A stretch of 63,989 bases of DNA, filler included, from Atractiella rhizophila (taxonomy: Eukaryota), in the NCBI GenBank assembly GCA_021432655.1. It is 5 parts of 5 records of this genome, joined end to end, with 100 filler letters (N's around TTAATTAATTAA, not from the genome) between each part and the next. Parts side by side here need not be neighbours in the genome. Positions count along the whole stretch, not along the records: positions 49,624 to 62,041 come from MU271930.1; positions 62,142 to 63,989 come from MU271995.1; 3 more parts are not named here. One strand, given 5' to 3'. The notes under the pieces are model-generated. The model did not search any database. It was not told the DNA's origin and worked only from the letters and a program-made list of their open reading frames with translations. The position numbers were made by a program, and so were the translations under genes. Below, piece by piece: positions 49,624 through 63,275 of the stretch (positions are counted from its first letter, which is position 1; each line of letters opens with the position of its first letter).

Positions 49624-50568
49624 GAATCAGAGAGGGTTAGGGAGCCAAAAGTCTATTCGAAAGATGCATATCGGTATCAGAGGACGGAGAGAGAGGAGAA
49701 GAGGAAAGAAGCTACGGAGAGATGGAATGAGTATAGGAAGGTTTGGGAGGAGAAGCAAAGGTTGAAGGAGCAGCAAGAATATGCGAAGCAACTGGTATGC
49801 TTTTCTTCTGCCTCCTATCTACACTTGAGCCCGCATTCAACGCCGACGATGCAGATGAACGCTCCAGCCGTGCCACTTCCATCGGATATTTTCGATAGTT
49901 CTACACCCGTCCCAGAACCTGCTCCAGAACCAACTCCGGAACCTCTTCCCGCCAGTTCCTCATTTGAGATCAGTCCACTGACTACGGTCGAAGCCCTTCC
50001 TCCCGACACACCAGATCTTCCCGTACGCGCACCAAAAAAGTGGAAGCCATCCGCACGAGGATGGGGAAAGTGGCCCAAGAAGCCTCAAGCACCACCGCAG
50101 GCCGAGGAAAAGGTAGAAGAACAGGCAGAAGACACGCGGCCGTGGTACATTCGCCACAGAGCGGCATTGAAAGAAAAATTCCCCTCTGGCTGGAACCCCC
50201 GTCGGAAGCTCACCCGCGAAACCATGCAAATCCTTCGAGACCTTCACGTCCGGGACCCGAAGAGGTATCCCACCGCAATACTCGCTGATCGATTCAAGAT
50301 ATCACCTGAAGCTGTACGCAGGATATTGAGGGGAGTGCGGGCGACGAAGAATGAACAGACGGGAGAGATTGTTGCGAAGGCTAGATGGGAGCTGTCCGCG
50401 GAGGAGAAGGTGGCGAAGGATAAGAGGAAGAGGACGAGATTGGAGATGCTTAGGGAGAAGCGAAGATTAGCGTTCAAGGCACAGCAGAGGAGCGATTATG
50501 AGGAGAGGAAGAAGTCGCCAGTTTTCTGGGCAAATAGGCAGGAGTTGGACAGTATTCCTGAGTTTTAA
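49624..50568 (+). CDS. RRG9: Neugrin/Rrg9-family mitochondrial protein, 5' truncated
   Basis: HRAALKEKFPSGWNPRRKLTRE...LADRFKISPEAVRRIL. Confidence 0.85.
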   Translation, partial: ESERVREPKVYSKDAYRYQRTEREEKRKEATERWNEYRKVWEEKQRLKEQQEYAKQLVCFSSASYLHLSPHSTPTMQMNAPAVPLPSDIFDSSTPVPEPAPEPTPEPLPASSSFEISPLTTVEALPPDTPDLPVRAPKKWKPSARGWGKWPKKPQAPPQAEEKVEEQAEDTRPWYIRHRAALKEKFPSGWNPRRKLTRETMQILRDLHVRDPKRYPTAILADRFKISPEAVRRILRGVRATKNEQTGEIVAKARWELSAEEKVAKDKRKRTRLEMLREKRRLAFKAQQRSDYEERKKSPVFWANRQELDSIPEF

Positions 50569-50680
50569 CATAATTGCATCTAATTGTACTTTCCTCTCTC
50601 AACATTTTTAAACATTTTCAAGTGGATAACGTGAGGGACAACGCGACAACGTGTCATGTTGGAGGGGAGAAAATATGATT

Positions 50681-50692
50681 TATCACGTGATA
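50681..50692. promoter_or_regulatory. 12-bp palindrome TATCACGTGATA (E-box) upstream of coactosin
   Basis: Perfect palindrome about 150 bp before ATG 50840. Confidence 0.35.
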
Positions 50693-50839
50693 GTTGCTTT
50701 GAAACGAACACGAACGTACAACACCACTTGGCTGAGGACTGCTCCAAGACGACGAGGACCGTTTAGACCGCCTGTAGAACCCTCGAGCCCATCGATCTCT
50801 CCCAGCACTCTTTGCATACCATCTTTCCACCACTTCAGT

Positions 50840-51628
50840 ATGGCTGACGCTTCCGATCCTCAGATTACCGAAGGTGCGACTTCCTCACCCGTTGCTCGGT
50901 GTGCATGCTAACAAGTGGGACGCCCATGCAGCCTACGAAGCAGTTCGATCAGATAAAAGTCCGTTGAACTGGCTTTTAATCGATTACGTTGATGAGAAAT
51001 CGTCAAAGTTAACCCTTACGGCTACTGGAGAGGGAGGATTGGAGGAGTTCAAATCGAAATTAGATGACAGTAAGGGATCTTATGGTTATTGCAGAATTGT
51101 GAGTCCTCCTTCGCGCCTTTTCAGACGGAAGAGAGGAGGAAGCGCAAAGCCTGCGGATTGCTTCAGCGATGCTGGGTGAGCCTTGATCACTCACGAAGGG
51201 GATCCTCTCATCTTCGACCGCTGCACGCTCGTGCTCATCATACTCATTTGCAATGTCTCTTTCGATAAACGACAGGAATATGCCAATGACGAAGAATCAA
51301 AACGATCGAAATTTATTTTGGTCACATGGATTGGATCTAATGTGAAAGTCATGCGGAAAGCTCGAATGGGCGTCCACATCGTGAGTGGTCATCGCTTGCT
51401 CTCGCTCTCTGAGGTTAAATGCATTCTTTGTTTGCAGTCAGATGTAAAGCAAACGCTTCGACAATACTCTTTAGATGTTGCTGCGTCCTCTGCCGACGAT
51501 TTGCAGGAAGATCCCATTGTGGTCAGGTTGAGGAAGGCCGGAGGTGCGTTTTGCATTAGCCTTTTTGTCAATCGTCACGTCATCAACAAAACTTTGGTGG
51601 CACAGGTGCGAGTTATGATAAAGTTTGA
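50840..51628 (+). CDS. Coactosin-like ADF-H domain actin-binding protein
   Basis: AYEAVRSDKSPLNWLLIDY, TGEGGLEEF, ESKRSKFILVTWIG, RLRKAGGASYD. Confidence 0.9.
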
Positions 51629-51845
51629 GCTGAGCTATGATTCGGGACTGGATTGGAAAAGTGCATTGATGTGTTGACTCTCATTGTTCGTTTGTGACAT
51701 CTTCTGGAATTGGTCATCGTATTGTTCCATCTCACTACACAATCCATGCGAAATTTAGCAGAAAGTAACGCACATTTACAAGGAACCAAGAGTATTCCTT
51801 TCGTGTCAACATAAGTACACACAAAACTAATTAGACAACGGGGAC

Positions 51846-52804
51846 CTAACAAACGACGCATTTGTCGCTACACTCCTCAGTCTTAAACAACTGCTCTTCT
51901 CCGGTCTCGAACAAGAAGATCCTCGCGTTCGACGTTTTCAAATCGATGGAGTCTGAGTTCTTCTCATCCACTTGAGGTTGTCCATGTCCTCCTTTAGGCT
52001 TGATTGTCCCCGTACCCTCACCTCCATCGACATGCCAAAGAAGCATGCGATCTTTGATTGCAGGCGAAGGGACAAATTTAGCGTTGGAGGTCTTGTAAGA
52101 AAATGCTCCCTGAAAGTCAGGCGGAATCGCCACTTTGATTTGAGCTGAATCACATATCAGTTGGCAGCAAGGAGTACAGATTTCAATCAACCTACCATTT
52201 GAAGTAGACACTCTAAAATCAACTGTCACTTGAGGATCCCTTGAGTGCTGCGCAGACAAATATGTCAGCAAAAAGGGGGAATGTCAAACCTTTGAACACT
52301 CACCAGCTCTCCGCAAACGGAGGCGTTGGAAGTGTGCAAAACTATGATGCTCCTCCCCTTCTTCTCTGGCTCCTTCACAATAAACCTCGCGGCGATTGAG
52401 CCATTCGAGGTTGTGTAGTAGGCCGACGTGTTGAATTCAGGCGGAGGGAAATCTTTGCCTTTGAAAGGACCATGGCTTGGCGGTCCAGGGAAGGGAGGTT
52501 GATGGACCGAAGGATCGAGAATGAAGGATCCTTCGATTGAGCGATTCGAATAGGATTGGCGGATATGGGCCAACGCGGCCTGCGTGGGCTTGAAAGGGTC
52601 CTGAGCCGCAGCCGAGGAAGTGGAGCCATCGGGTGCTGTGGCAGAATCCGAATTGCTAGTAGATTCCTCGTAGGAAGGCAGTTCTGGTCCTCTTTCTCCA
52701 GCATCTAGTCCCACAGGTCAGAAATGTTGGATTGAGAGAGAAGAAGGGTTGCCTGTTGCCACTTCGTGTGCCATTATCTTTGTCCCGTCTTCAGAAATGA
52801 TCAT
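51846..52804 (-). CDS. Hypothetical protein with repeated TSN beta-strand motifs and C-terminal CaaX-like CVVC
   Basis: LPSYEE; TTSNGSI, HTSNASV, STSNG, KTSNAK, KTSNARI; ends DKCVVC*. Confidence 0.65.
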
Positions 52805-54428
52805 GGCGTAAGATTATCAGTGTGCACCTATAAAGGTTGAGAATTCTGGAAGCTATTAGGCTTTTAGGGGAAGCGACTCACGGTCGAGCCTAGCTGAGGC
52901 AATGAAGAACTGGCGCAAAGGCGTCGAAAGAGCGACCGGGACCCTGAGTCATGCATTGAGTGAACTACGGCGTGACTACACACACTATGCCGTACACTAA
53001 GCATCAGGCAAAAAGTCACGAGCATGATTCTCGTTCGCTGCGTGTCGCGTTCAAGTGAGAATGTGAAAACCGACAGCAAGAGGCGCTTGGAGGTTTCGAG
53101 AGGGCGTCAGGGGTCCTTTGAAGTCCATGAGCACGAGATGTGACTCAGTTCAAGTCGAGGACGAGTCAGGGCTGGAAAAAGCTAGTCATGCTCTCGTGCG
53201 CAAAGTCACGCCTGCACGTATTCTGACTTGCAAGCTGGGTAAAGCTCGTACCTCTCGTCGAGAAGACCAACCTATAAGAATGTTCTCCAAGTCCTCAGGA
53301 TTCCCCAGAAATTCAACCATCATCTCCAACTCCAGCTTCATGTTTGCCTACATCGAATCTTCAATGAACCCGTTCGACGAACTCTACTTCTTCTATCTTG
53401 GACGCCTGTACACGGCAACAGAATGGGACGCAATTCTGAACTCTGGTCGAGGGTCAGTCAACGCAATAGCCATACTCTTCCCAGCAGGCTCTTATAACAG
53501 AGTCGTCGACCAGCGAGGGATAGAGCTCTACCCAATCGAGTATGTTATTCCATTACATAATTCTGACCCTTTCTGACTTTTTCTAGTGGTAACCCTTGGT
53601 TGTTCGGGCAAGACTGCCCTTGCGGTCGATTCCAAATTGGACCACATAAGCGACCAGCTGCCATTCGTATGTGTTCCCCCTGATATATGACTTCTGCTAA
53701 CGTAACATTGTGAGCAGGAGAACACATAATCTACTGTCAACTTCGCTATCAAATCCTAGGATCAAGGGACCCAATAAAACGCCTGTGCGAATGCTGGTCT
53801 GGACTGTAATCCCACTTCCGCTTCCCGTCGCATCATCCTCCCCATTTGCAGATATACATCCACTCAACTCCACGCTAAATCGCATTTCGTCACGACTTAG
53901 TCTTCGGAACCAAGCAGTTTGATATGACTGATAAGCAAATACTTGTACTTCACTTTCAACCGTTGTCAAACACATTGTTCCAACACTTCTGTTTCTGTTT
54001 ATAGGATTCTTGTCTAACTTCATCAAAACATGGTCTGAAGTTTCAATATTCAATGTTGCAAAATTTAGTCCATTCCTCTGTTACATTCAAATACAATACT
54101 TGAGCCTGAGTTCGGCTCCCATTTCATCATTCCGTTTCTTGTCAAGATACGCGTACTTAATACTCTAATCTATGTATGTATTTTAATGGACATCAATCGT
54201 ATGACCATTGTAGACATCTTGTGGTGGGAAGCGAAAGTTGGATAATGTAGGCTATACAAACCCCTTGCAACTACGTTAGTTCCCAGCAGAATGATGGGTA
54301 AAGAGAACAGAGTATTATGATTGCAAAGAGCGGAATTCTAAAATGAGCGTAGGAATAAGTCCATTTCAAAGTCCGTTGGCCCAAATAGTCCCTCTACACT
54401 ATCCCAAAAGCTTTCACAGGGCTTCAAA

Positions 54429-56067
54429 TCAAAGAACAAACACTACAGCAAACGCAAGACTGAGAACTCCGAAAGAAGCGTGACTCAGCAACGACATTGC
54501 AGCAGAGTTACCCGTTGTGCCTTGGGGAGAACTTGTTTGTGTGTTAGTTGCTGTGGGCGTTGTCTGCGTCGTAGGGGTAGCGGTATTAACAACTGTTGTT
54601 GTTGAACTGCTCGTGGTGAGTGTCGGAGTGGTGCTTGTGCTTGTGGACGTAGTGGACGTGCTGGACGTGGTGGGCGATGCTACAGCATTGTTCGGTGAGA
54701 TAGTGGCTTGATTCACGCAGTTGGACTTGGGTGGAGCAGGGTGAGGAGGCGGAGTGTTGCCTTGATCTTGATGGAAGGTAGAGCCATCGTAGATACCTAT
54801 TCGAGCGGTCAAGAAAATGGGGTGCGACGAAAAGACCAACATACCAGGATATTGTCCCGAGTCGCCGTCGCATGAATCATAAGTCCCGATCGTGTAGTCG
54901 CCTAGCCGAACAAAGTGAGAACTCGCCTCTCAAGCCATCTCGACCTACCAGGATTGTTCCAACCGCATCTTTTGGGGAGAAACATGTGAGCCCACATGGA
55001 AGTATGCAGCAAGGAGACCTTACCCCATCACATCGTAGATATGTTGGCTGCATTCACACAGTTCAGCTCAGCCTCAATGAAGGGGAGATAATCCATACCA
55101 CCAAAGCCATGCATTAGGACCATCCTTGCATACCCGGAAGCAGAATTCGGTAGCACTCATGAAGTTTGTCCACTCATGAGCCTGCTTCACACCACCGCCA
55201 AAAGCGGACGTAAACACGATTCCACCGATTGGATTACCGTTGCCTATCAAATGGAAGATAAGGATCGAACAGTGTGAGAACTTCTAGTACCAACCATCTG
55301 CTCCGTGGGGATCTGAACGGAGTTTCAGATGCGTTAACAGGAGTTAGGGAAAGTGCTGACCCAATTCTCCTCCGCTATCACCAGCCACAACGTTCATCTA
55401 CTGTATTGTTTAGCTAGACGGCAGAAGACGGGGGGACAGGCTCGCCGTAGTGAAGTCGCCATAACCTGAACGAGTGCAATGAGACACTGTTGCAAAAGAT
55501 AGAAAAGCAAACAAGCTCACCAGTAATCTGAACATAATCTGGCGTCTCAACCTACGCGTGGTTTTCATCAATAACCATTTCAAAGAAGTGAAAGGCAACA
55601 TGCCCAATGAGCCCCTTTGATGGTTCCATCAGGAATCAACCTCGTTCCATAACCTATTCATTGTCAGATACACCATCTAACGGAGAACAGGGAAACAAAC
55701 CGGGTTTCGTGCACCAAGCAACCTCAAAACGTTCTGTAGAACCGATCTCTCCAGGGGTTGGTGGAGCCCAAACGCAAAAATCGTTTAAACTAAGTAGCAG
55801 AATCAGAAGTTGGCAAACTTGCACATGAACGAAATCCGCACGAGTTGAAGTAGGCAGTCTAAGCGGCCATTAGCACACCACAATCGAAGAGAGCTAGAGT
55901 TCACTACTCACCTGGCACCTCGAATCTTGGCTGTTGGCCGTTCCACAGATATTGTAACCCTCCTGCCCACTTTCTGTTTGATTTGGTAGGGATCCAGGAG
56001 TATAGGTAGCAGAGTACTGTGCTGTGGCGACAGAGATCAAGGCCGCGGCTGTGAGAAAGGCGTTCAT
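54429..56067 (-). CDS. GPI-anchored mannoprotein, MP88 / macrophage-activating glycoprotein-like, many micro-exons
   Basis: Signal MNAFLTAAALISVATAQ; GQEGYNICG, DFCVWAPP, EVAWCTKPG, GTRLIPDGTI, GNPIGG, EWTNFM...FCFRVC, HIYDVMG; Thr-rich stalk and hydrophobic GPI tail. Confidence 0.85.
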
Positions 56068-57550
56068 GGTGGCTAAAGAGAATTAACACGACGATGGAAA
56101 GTAATTCGTGAGAGGAAAAGCTATAAATCGAGACGAAGGACGCGATATTAAAGACGATGAGAGGGGATCGTGCGATGGAAACAAGAGTTTTCGAAGGAAT
56201 CGATTTTCAGAATCCAGGGGCTTCGCACGTACAGTCCGAGGAACCTCTCCTTCAAAAGGGATGGCAGAACCAAGGAAGGTCAAGACTCTTGTTCTCACCG
56301 AAATAGCACAAGATAGCACGAACACGAGACCTTCAATCTACAGTACAAATGCACGATACTGCAATACCACATAGCCCGACTGTAGGGACTTGTACTTGGA
56401 AGGCAATGCCAGGGCATTGCCATTCACCTGTCTCTGAACCAGCGTCCATGGAGTTCACCGGTTCGCAACAGAGCGGAGAAAGCTAGATCCAGCCGTTCGA
56501 AGTGTGTTCTCTGAGAAAGCGTGCCATTTTTCCATGTTCTTTGAGAATTCGGTGGATCGGAGCTGCGTTCAATCAAGCGCAGATAAAGTTTGAACAATCC
56601 GAAACTTGATCTCATTGGCGTCTTTGAATTCTGAGGTTTCTCAAATGTCAACCATAGGTGTGTTGTGGACATAATTTCGGCTGCAGCGTGTTTGTTTTGC
56701 TCTCCGATGCTGCTCCATTCGAGTTGGTACTTTTTTTACCACGCCTGCGCTTCAAAGCATTCAGCAATGACCCGCTTAGGCCTTTCCTGAAGGATTAGGT
56801 ACATCATTTGTCGTTTCAACTTCCTTTTGGCTCAAATACCAAAGGCTGAGATGATATGTGGATAGATCTCGAGAAGGATAGTCCACGCTGCCAGATCGAG
56901 GCATTGAGATGGCAATCATGTTGCTGTTCTTTGGCAGTGAGAAATTTCATGAGCCCAGGATTATTTTGTGCTTCCACCTAAACTTCCGGCTTCCTTTCAC
57001 TTCGCATTCCCCTCCCAATCAGAGGTTCCCAATCGTATTCTTGTCTCTTGTCAAATGATGCCAAAAGTCGTTCTCTTTTAGTCCCAGGACAGCCGTTTTC
57101 TAGTCGATTGACAGAATCTATCAAGGTAGGCAGTGGAAGCTATGAAACTTGTTGCTTACGGCCTCCATTTCGTCTGCAGCAGAGATATTGGTGTTGGCTC
57201 CGTTCAGGCTGTTGATAATAGTCGACGAGTTGATTGAAGGGAGCTGCAGGCTCATTTTGAATCATTATGGATCGTGAATACCTTTAGAGCTGAAATGCAT
57301 TGGCTTGAAGGTCTGTCGGAGGCTGACATATTTCCCATCTCCGAGACATTCTATTCATCCTCACCATCTGAACTTGAGACGTAGTATACAATACAGATGG
57401 GATCATACGCCATTGGACAACATTGGACACAGATTCATTGGATTGCTTCTTGCTTCTTGGCCACGGGGTATCTTGGCGTAAAACTGGCGACACTCTCCTC
57501 CCATTATATCAGCGATGTGCTCCTCTTAGACATATGGGAAACACACCACT

Positions 57551-58027
57551 TTAGATGTTCAAGCTCTTGCCATCATGCTTCTGAGCTCGCTTCTGAATTT
57601 CCTCTGTCAATTCGAACCCATCAACCACAGTCACACGAAATCCAAACTCCTTTTTCCTTTCGAAGCGGCTGAGCAATTCAATCCCACAAGTCTTGCAGAT
57701 GAAGTGCTCTATCTCCTTTTTCGCAAAGCGGTATGTGACCATATTCTCCGGGCCGCCTGCGATGAAGCGTAGATCAGGGAAAGGTATGAGTCTAAATCCT
57801 GTTAGCTTGCTCGGAATAGTTCGTCGGAGTACATTCTGAACAACCACGAGGACCACTTACACTGATGGCGCAGGGTTGTATTGACAGTGCGAGCAGTTAC
57901 AGGTGTGCAACTGAGTTTGAGCAGAGTCGAGAGGGAAGGAGTGGAATTCGATAATGTTAGAGCGGCAGTGGCAACCTCCCGTGTATGTTTTCTTCGCATT
58001 GGTACTTTCCGCCTTTGGGACAGACAT
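57551..58027 (-). CDS. GFA/CENP-V family (Mss4-like) zinc protein
   Basis: YTGGCHC, CNCSHC, HFICKTCG, DGKSL; one intron joins the two ORF halves in frame. Confidence 0.88.
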
Positions 58028-58823
58028 TGTTGACCTTTGGCAGCAAGAGCTGTGAGATTCACTGTGTGGGCTGTTATCTTGAACGGGAACGGGGAATGAC
58101 AATCTGAAGCCTTGCTTGTTTCATGGCTTTGCCAATTTATAATTATCTTCTGTGGCTCGAAGACAAAGTCATCATGGTCATTTCCTTTCTCTCAGTCAAT
58201 AAGGAAGCATTGATGCGAATATCTGAATGAATGGCGGATATAGCACATGGAAGTCGGGCCGGGTGGAAGCAGGACGCGTGGTCAATCAACAACAAAATCT
58301 AGCACTTGCTGTCATTCCGTCATTCTGGCAAGTGGTTTAAGAGCTCTCGTCGCTTTCGTAATGGGTCCCGACGTTGATCCCAACGATTCCACGAAGACCG
58401 CAAGATGAAGCAAGCGCTCGCGAGCGTCACTTTGATGGAAGGCGCGGTCTGTTGCGCGAATCGGTGAGGTTTATATTACTTGAATCATTACTGTACTGTA
58501 ACTCTACTGTTCCTCTTGGAGCCTCTTTGGACCCAATATATAGCCTCGAAACGCCTCGAATCCTCCAGCTTTCCCATCGCCTTTACAGACGTTCAGACCG
58601 GCGACGTTCAAATAGTCACGCTTTGATCTATTCAGCTGTCGGTGTCAGCGTCCTTTCATGCCCCTCAAAAGAACCAGTCGGCAGTCGAACCTGGGCTGAG
58701 GCAACCCAGTTAGTCAAAGAATATAATTCTGGAACCATACGTTGCTGTCTTCACGTTTCGTTGGGAAGGTGTCTGTTGTTGCAAGCCATCCACAAGTTGT
58801 AGCAAAAGGGGAGATAGCTCAGA

Positions 58824-60478
58824 ATGGCAGGTTCTGGTCAAAGCAAAGTCTGGATGGTCCCAATCCTGTTAGGAACTTTTGGGAGTTGGATTCGTAGGTG
58901 AAGCTCATTCTCAATTCAGGTTTTGATTGGTCCTTTCAGTCTTTGGTCTTCTTCTCCTTCAGGGAGTGGTAGCCTCCAGAGCTTGCAAATCTGCGACATT
59001 TCACATTGTTGTGCGTTTCTTCGATCCCCTACTAGTACTGGCAACAATAGCTTAGAATCTTGACAGATACTTTCTCTCCTCTTCCTTCAAACTGTACAAA
59101 GCGGTTCAGAACTCTCAGGCCTCGTCCGCTTCCTCTGCCAACTATCTGATGCCCCAGCCAGTTTTGGGACTTTCGAGCCTGAAGGAGCCTTGGTATCTAT
59201 TTTGCGACACATATTTCAACTCCAATGCCAATCATTCCTTCTCTGGAGAGCGTTCATCAGCTTCCGCAAACTGGCGAGGCGCGAGTGGTCTACGAAGCGT
59301 TGGAAGAAGGTCGGAGGCTTCGTTGTCTTTGCGACAGTGGGGCTAGTAGCACTGGTTGGAGCTTTGGTGGGAATGGTCAACACATTCCTTCTTTATGTAC
59401 GGCGTTATTTCCCTCTCAATTCTTCAGCCTGTTGAACTATTCTGCAGACGGGAAAAGATCCACGCGTCATCAATAGGCTGATTTACGTCTCTCTCGGCCT
59501 TGGGAGCATGGCAGACGTCCTCATCTGCGCCATCATTACCTTAGGTTTATTCAGATTTTCGAAGCAAAATAAGTGGACACTCGAGGCTGTTTTTGCATTG
59601 TTTCTCAAGAACGTAAGCATGTTATGCATCCATTACCCATTGCAATCGACTAAATCGGCGTAGGGACTCGTCGTCACTTTATTTCATTTGGCAACCCTGC
59701 TTGTTTGGGCTTTTGATTGGCCATGGATGTACCTCCCAGTTCTTCCGCTCTCCAGTAAGTTCATTTTCCAAAGAAGCACCCGCTGATCGCCTGCCAGAGC
59801 TCTACACCATCACATTCTTTTCTTTTTTCTTCACGTTACCGTCGAGGTCGAAGGATGTGGAAGCGGATGAAGAGAAATCGGCGGTCGCAAACGAGCTTGG
59901 CCATGAGGTCCATCGAGTGCAGTTCGCCGACATGATTTTGAGATATCAATACGAGCCTTGGAAAGTGGATCAACCGCCATCTCCAACCAAGTACTTTTGT
60001 CAACCAGTCCCCACTAAAAGGCGACCAACCCGCCATCAAAATACCGAACCATTCCCCTCCACCTTCGAATGGATGTGAAGAAGGTACCACGAAGGTCGAT
60101 TCGTCTCACTCATCCATTCACGTCAATTCAACTTCCTCCATTCGTGGCAGCAGCAATTTGCCAACGCCCCTGCTCCTTAAAACAGAGAGACTCTCCTCTG
60201 ATTCCTCTTCCTCCTCAACCGTAGTGTCGCATTCGCCAAAACGATTCCATTCCATCAGCGGTAGGATGAGTATGGAATCAAGTAGAGAGGAATCCACTGA
60301 GGATATCGAGACGCTGGAGTCCAACGAAAGTCTGGAGGACACTCCGAGTCATGAGGGTGGGCTTTCCGTTATCGAAGAAGAAAGCGACGAGAGGAGCGGG
60401 TGTTTATCTACCATCGAGGAAATGAGTGAAGAGTCCAGGCTAGAAAATTTCTTGGATCGACAAAGAAGTTTGCCATGA
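58824..60478 (+). CDS. Hypothetical multi-pass membrane protein with Ser/Glu-rich tail
   Basis: Several hydrophobic exons (MVPILLGTFGSWI, GGFVVFATVGLVALVGALVGM, ADVLICAII) separated by short introns. Confidence 0.5.
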
Positions 60479-62041
60479 GCATACTGCTACACTGTTTCAT
60501 TCTTTATCCTCCGATGTGTTCTTTCCTCTGATAGAACTCTCACTTCGTCCCACATCGTTCTTATTCTCGCCAATGACTATTCTTACCGTTTCCCTTCGCC
60601 TTTCGTATTTACTTCGCATTCTCTTCTTAGCTTTTATAACGGTCGCGGCATCAATATGGACCTTGTCATGTATCTTAGCGATGTAGCAAACGTAGTTTAT
60701 TTTGTAAAGACAATCGTGTTGACGATCTTACCTTGATGAGCAATATGGCGTCGTGTTGACATTGCGCACACGAGCTGCGATCTCATTCTGCATGTCGATC
60801 TCGCACACCCTTGCACCAAATGGACACATCATTGCAGTGAGCTCGCGCAAAACTGCAATACATCCCCAGGCGGCTAACACATTGATGCGATGAGACGTTC
60901 CCATCCCGCTGACATTATACCTTACAAAGAAAATAAAAACATTCGAAATGAGTATTGTTTGAGAGTCCTCTTAACGGTCAGAGTCTCCCAACGTTACGCC
61001 AGCAGCTCAGCGGTTGACGAGAAGGTGAAGCAAAGCACAGCACAGGCTCGGGCTTTGATATTAGCCCCAGTGGGTAAGCTCAGCTTGCAAGGATTTCTTG
61101 ATTCCCCTCATACACAGCTAAAAGGAGCGTAGCATATCCCAATCCCACGATATGCATAGGTGTTTCACGCTGAAAGGACCGAACGACAAATTATCACATT
61201 TTAGAGCAAGGACTGTTCATATGATGTTATAACTGCAGGCTCGTTCTATGGCAACTTATGTACTATGAAGAGCACTCCAAATCAACCTTTTGACCTCAGT
61301 GCTCCAGACGAACCATCATGCTTGGAAGGATAAATTTCCTTCCTTCGCTATTCCCATCGCTACTCTCAACTTTATTAACTACCCTAACTTATCTCTGGCA
61401 AGTTGGGCTGGCTTCCTAATGCTGCATTAATGGTGGGGAGGACAGATTGGTGGTCGTTGGTAGTTTGAAGAAGTTTATGTTTACCTAGCCACGTCACCAC
61501 ATCTAGCAAGATCAAGAAGTGACAACAAAGAAGCATCATAGCGGGAAGTCAGGTTGGCACTGTAAGCATTGTTTTGAGATGCTTTGGCGGAACTGACTTC
61601 GAAATGTCAAGGCGAAACTTCGTACGATGCTGTTTCCGCTGCTGGCACTTCTGCCAGCTACTTCTGCTGCACCACCCATCAAAGCGAAGATTGAATTGGG
61701 TAGCGAGTGGGTTGAACCCAGTTTCGCATTGAGGTTTATGTAAGTCAATTGATATGCTAGAAACAGTCTTGGGGTGGACTAGTGAGAGCTGCTGGTTTTG
61801 ACATGTTGAGGTTGCAGTCAGCATCGCTGAACAGCGCTTTGCTGGATTCTGGAGCCGAGGTGTCTAACATACGCTTTGTTCCTTATCCAAGAGGTGGTAA
61901 TGAAGCTGTGCTGACGATGCTTCTCCTGCAGTGAAACGTTAGCCGTCACATCGCCGTCTTCCCTGTTTCCCTTCCTCTCCTCTCTACCTCCCTCTGCATC
62001 TCATCAAAGCGACAAAGCAACGTACTCGTCCTATCTTTCCG

Positions 62042-62141
62042 NNNNNNNNNNNNNNNNNNNNNNNNNNNNNNNNNNNNNNNNNNNNTTAATTAATTAANNN
62101 NNNNNNNNNNNNNNNNNNNNNNNNNNNNNNNNNNNNNNNNN
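62042..62141. other. Artificial contig-joining spacer
   Basis: 44N-TTAATTAATTAA-44N. Confidence 0.98.
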
Positions 62142-63275
62142 TCTTTCATCTTCGCTATCACTGTATGCAGGGTTTTCATTCTTCAAATAATTTCAACAAT
62201 TTTTGCGTCTTTTCTTCACTCTGTGCCATTAGCATAATTGTATATAGAAAACGTTTGTAAACTATCTCCGTGTTGTATTGTAACAACAATTGCATGTTTT
62301 CCCAAATATTGGGAGGCAATGGTCGGATTATGCATGCGTTAACACTGAGAAATTCTTACCGCATCTTTTGAGCCTTTTCTTTGTTGTTTGAAGTTGCCAG
62401 TATCAATTTTTAATTTTAACACAACTTGAACTTAGAAGCAGTAATACCTGCTTTGCAGAACTGTGGAACCTCCGCGAGAAATAAAGAGAACTCACACGAA
62501 CGAGAAACTCCATTTCCCGCTTACTGTATCCTCAACTTGAAATATCCATCTAGTTAACTATGGTTTCGTAAACGAAATCCAGGGAGACCGGCAGCGGCAG
62601 CGAGGGCAGTGTAGGGGAAGTAGGAAAAGGAAATATTCAAATCACGTGATGCAAATTATTGTTTTTGACCACTGCATCGACTGGTGTCCGCCCAACTCCA
62701 ATGACTGATCAGTTTGTACTAGAGATGCCAGGATGTTTGCCTATATTGCTTCACGCCTTGGTGTTACGGTTGGCACTGAGACCGTCTTTTATCTCACAAC
62801 AATCTGCTGCTGGCCCGTTTTCTTTTCTCAGCAAAACTGTTCGATCGTGGGAAGGCACCAGCAACCCTTTCCATCCCGCAATTCCACATCAGCTGACTAT
62901 TCTACCCTATAAAATCCATGGTTTGCGATAAGGAACACCAAGTCCCTTGCTGCCTGCTTCAGTACGCCACATTCTTTTCCTGCCCAAGTCGAATACCTAA
63001 ACACTCTTTATTACTTCTAATTCTATCAAGCCATTGTAAATTCTCAATCTTCACCCATAAACTGTGATGAAGGAACCTAGAGAACATGATTCTCAGCCTT
63101 GTCTTCAATTCTTTCAAGTAGGTCTCCTCCATTTTCGTCTGAGAGGAGCGATCAACTAATTCTCGCTTTCTTCATTATAGACCTATGTCGAGCTAGAGAA
63201 AGTCAGCCCCTATCTTTCTGAGTCCAACACCGACCTATCCTCCCATGCAGCGCAAACGAAGCTGAGACTATCGCC

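Noticed and set aside
53118..54053. Convergent ORFs of 152 and 118 aa
   Set aside because: No recognisable motif or convincing gene model.
61536..62041. Possible 3' exons of a minus-strand gene at the contig end
   Set aside because: Truncated and without recognisable similarity.
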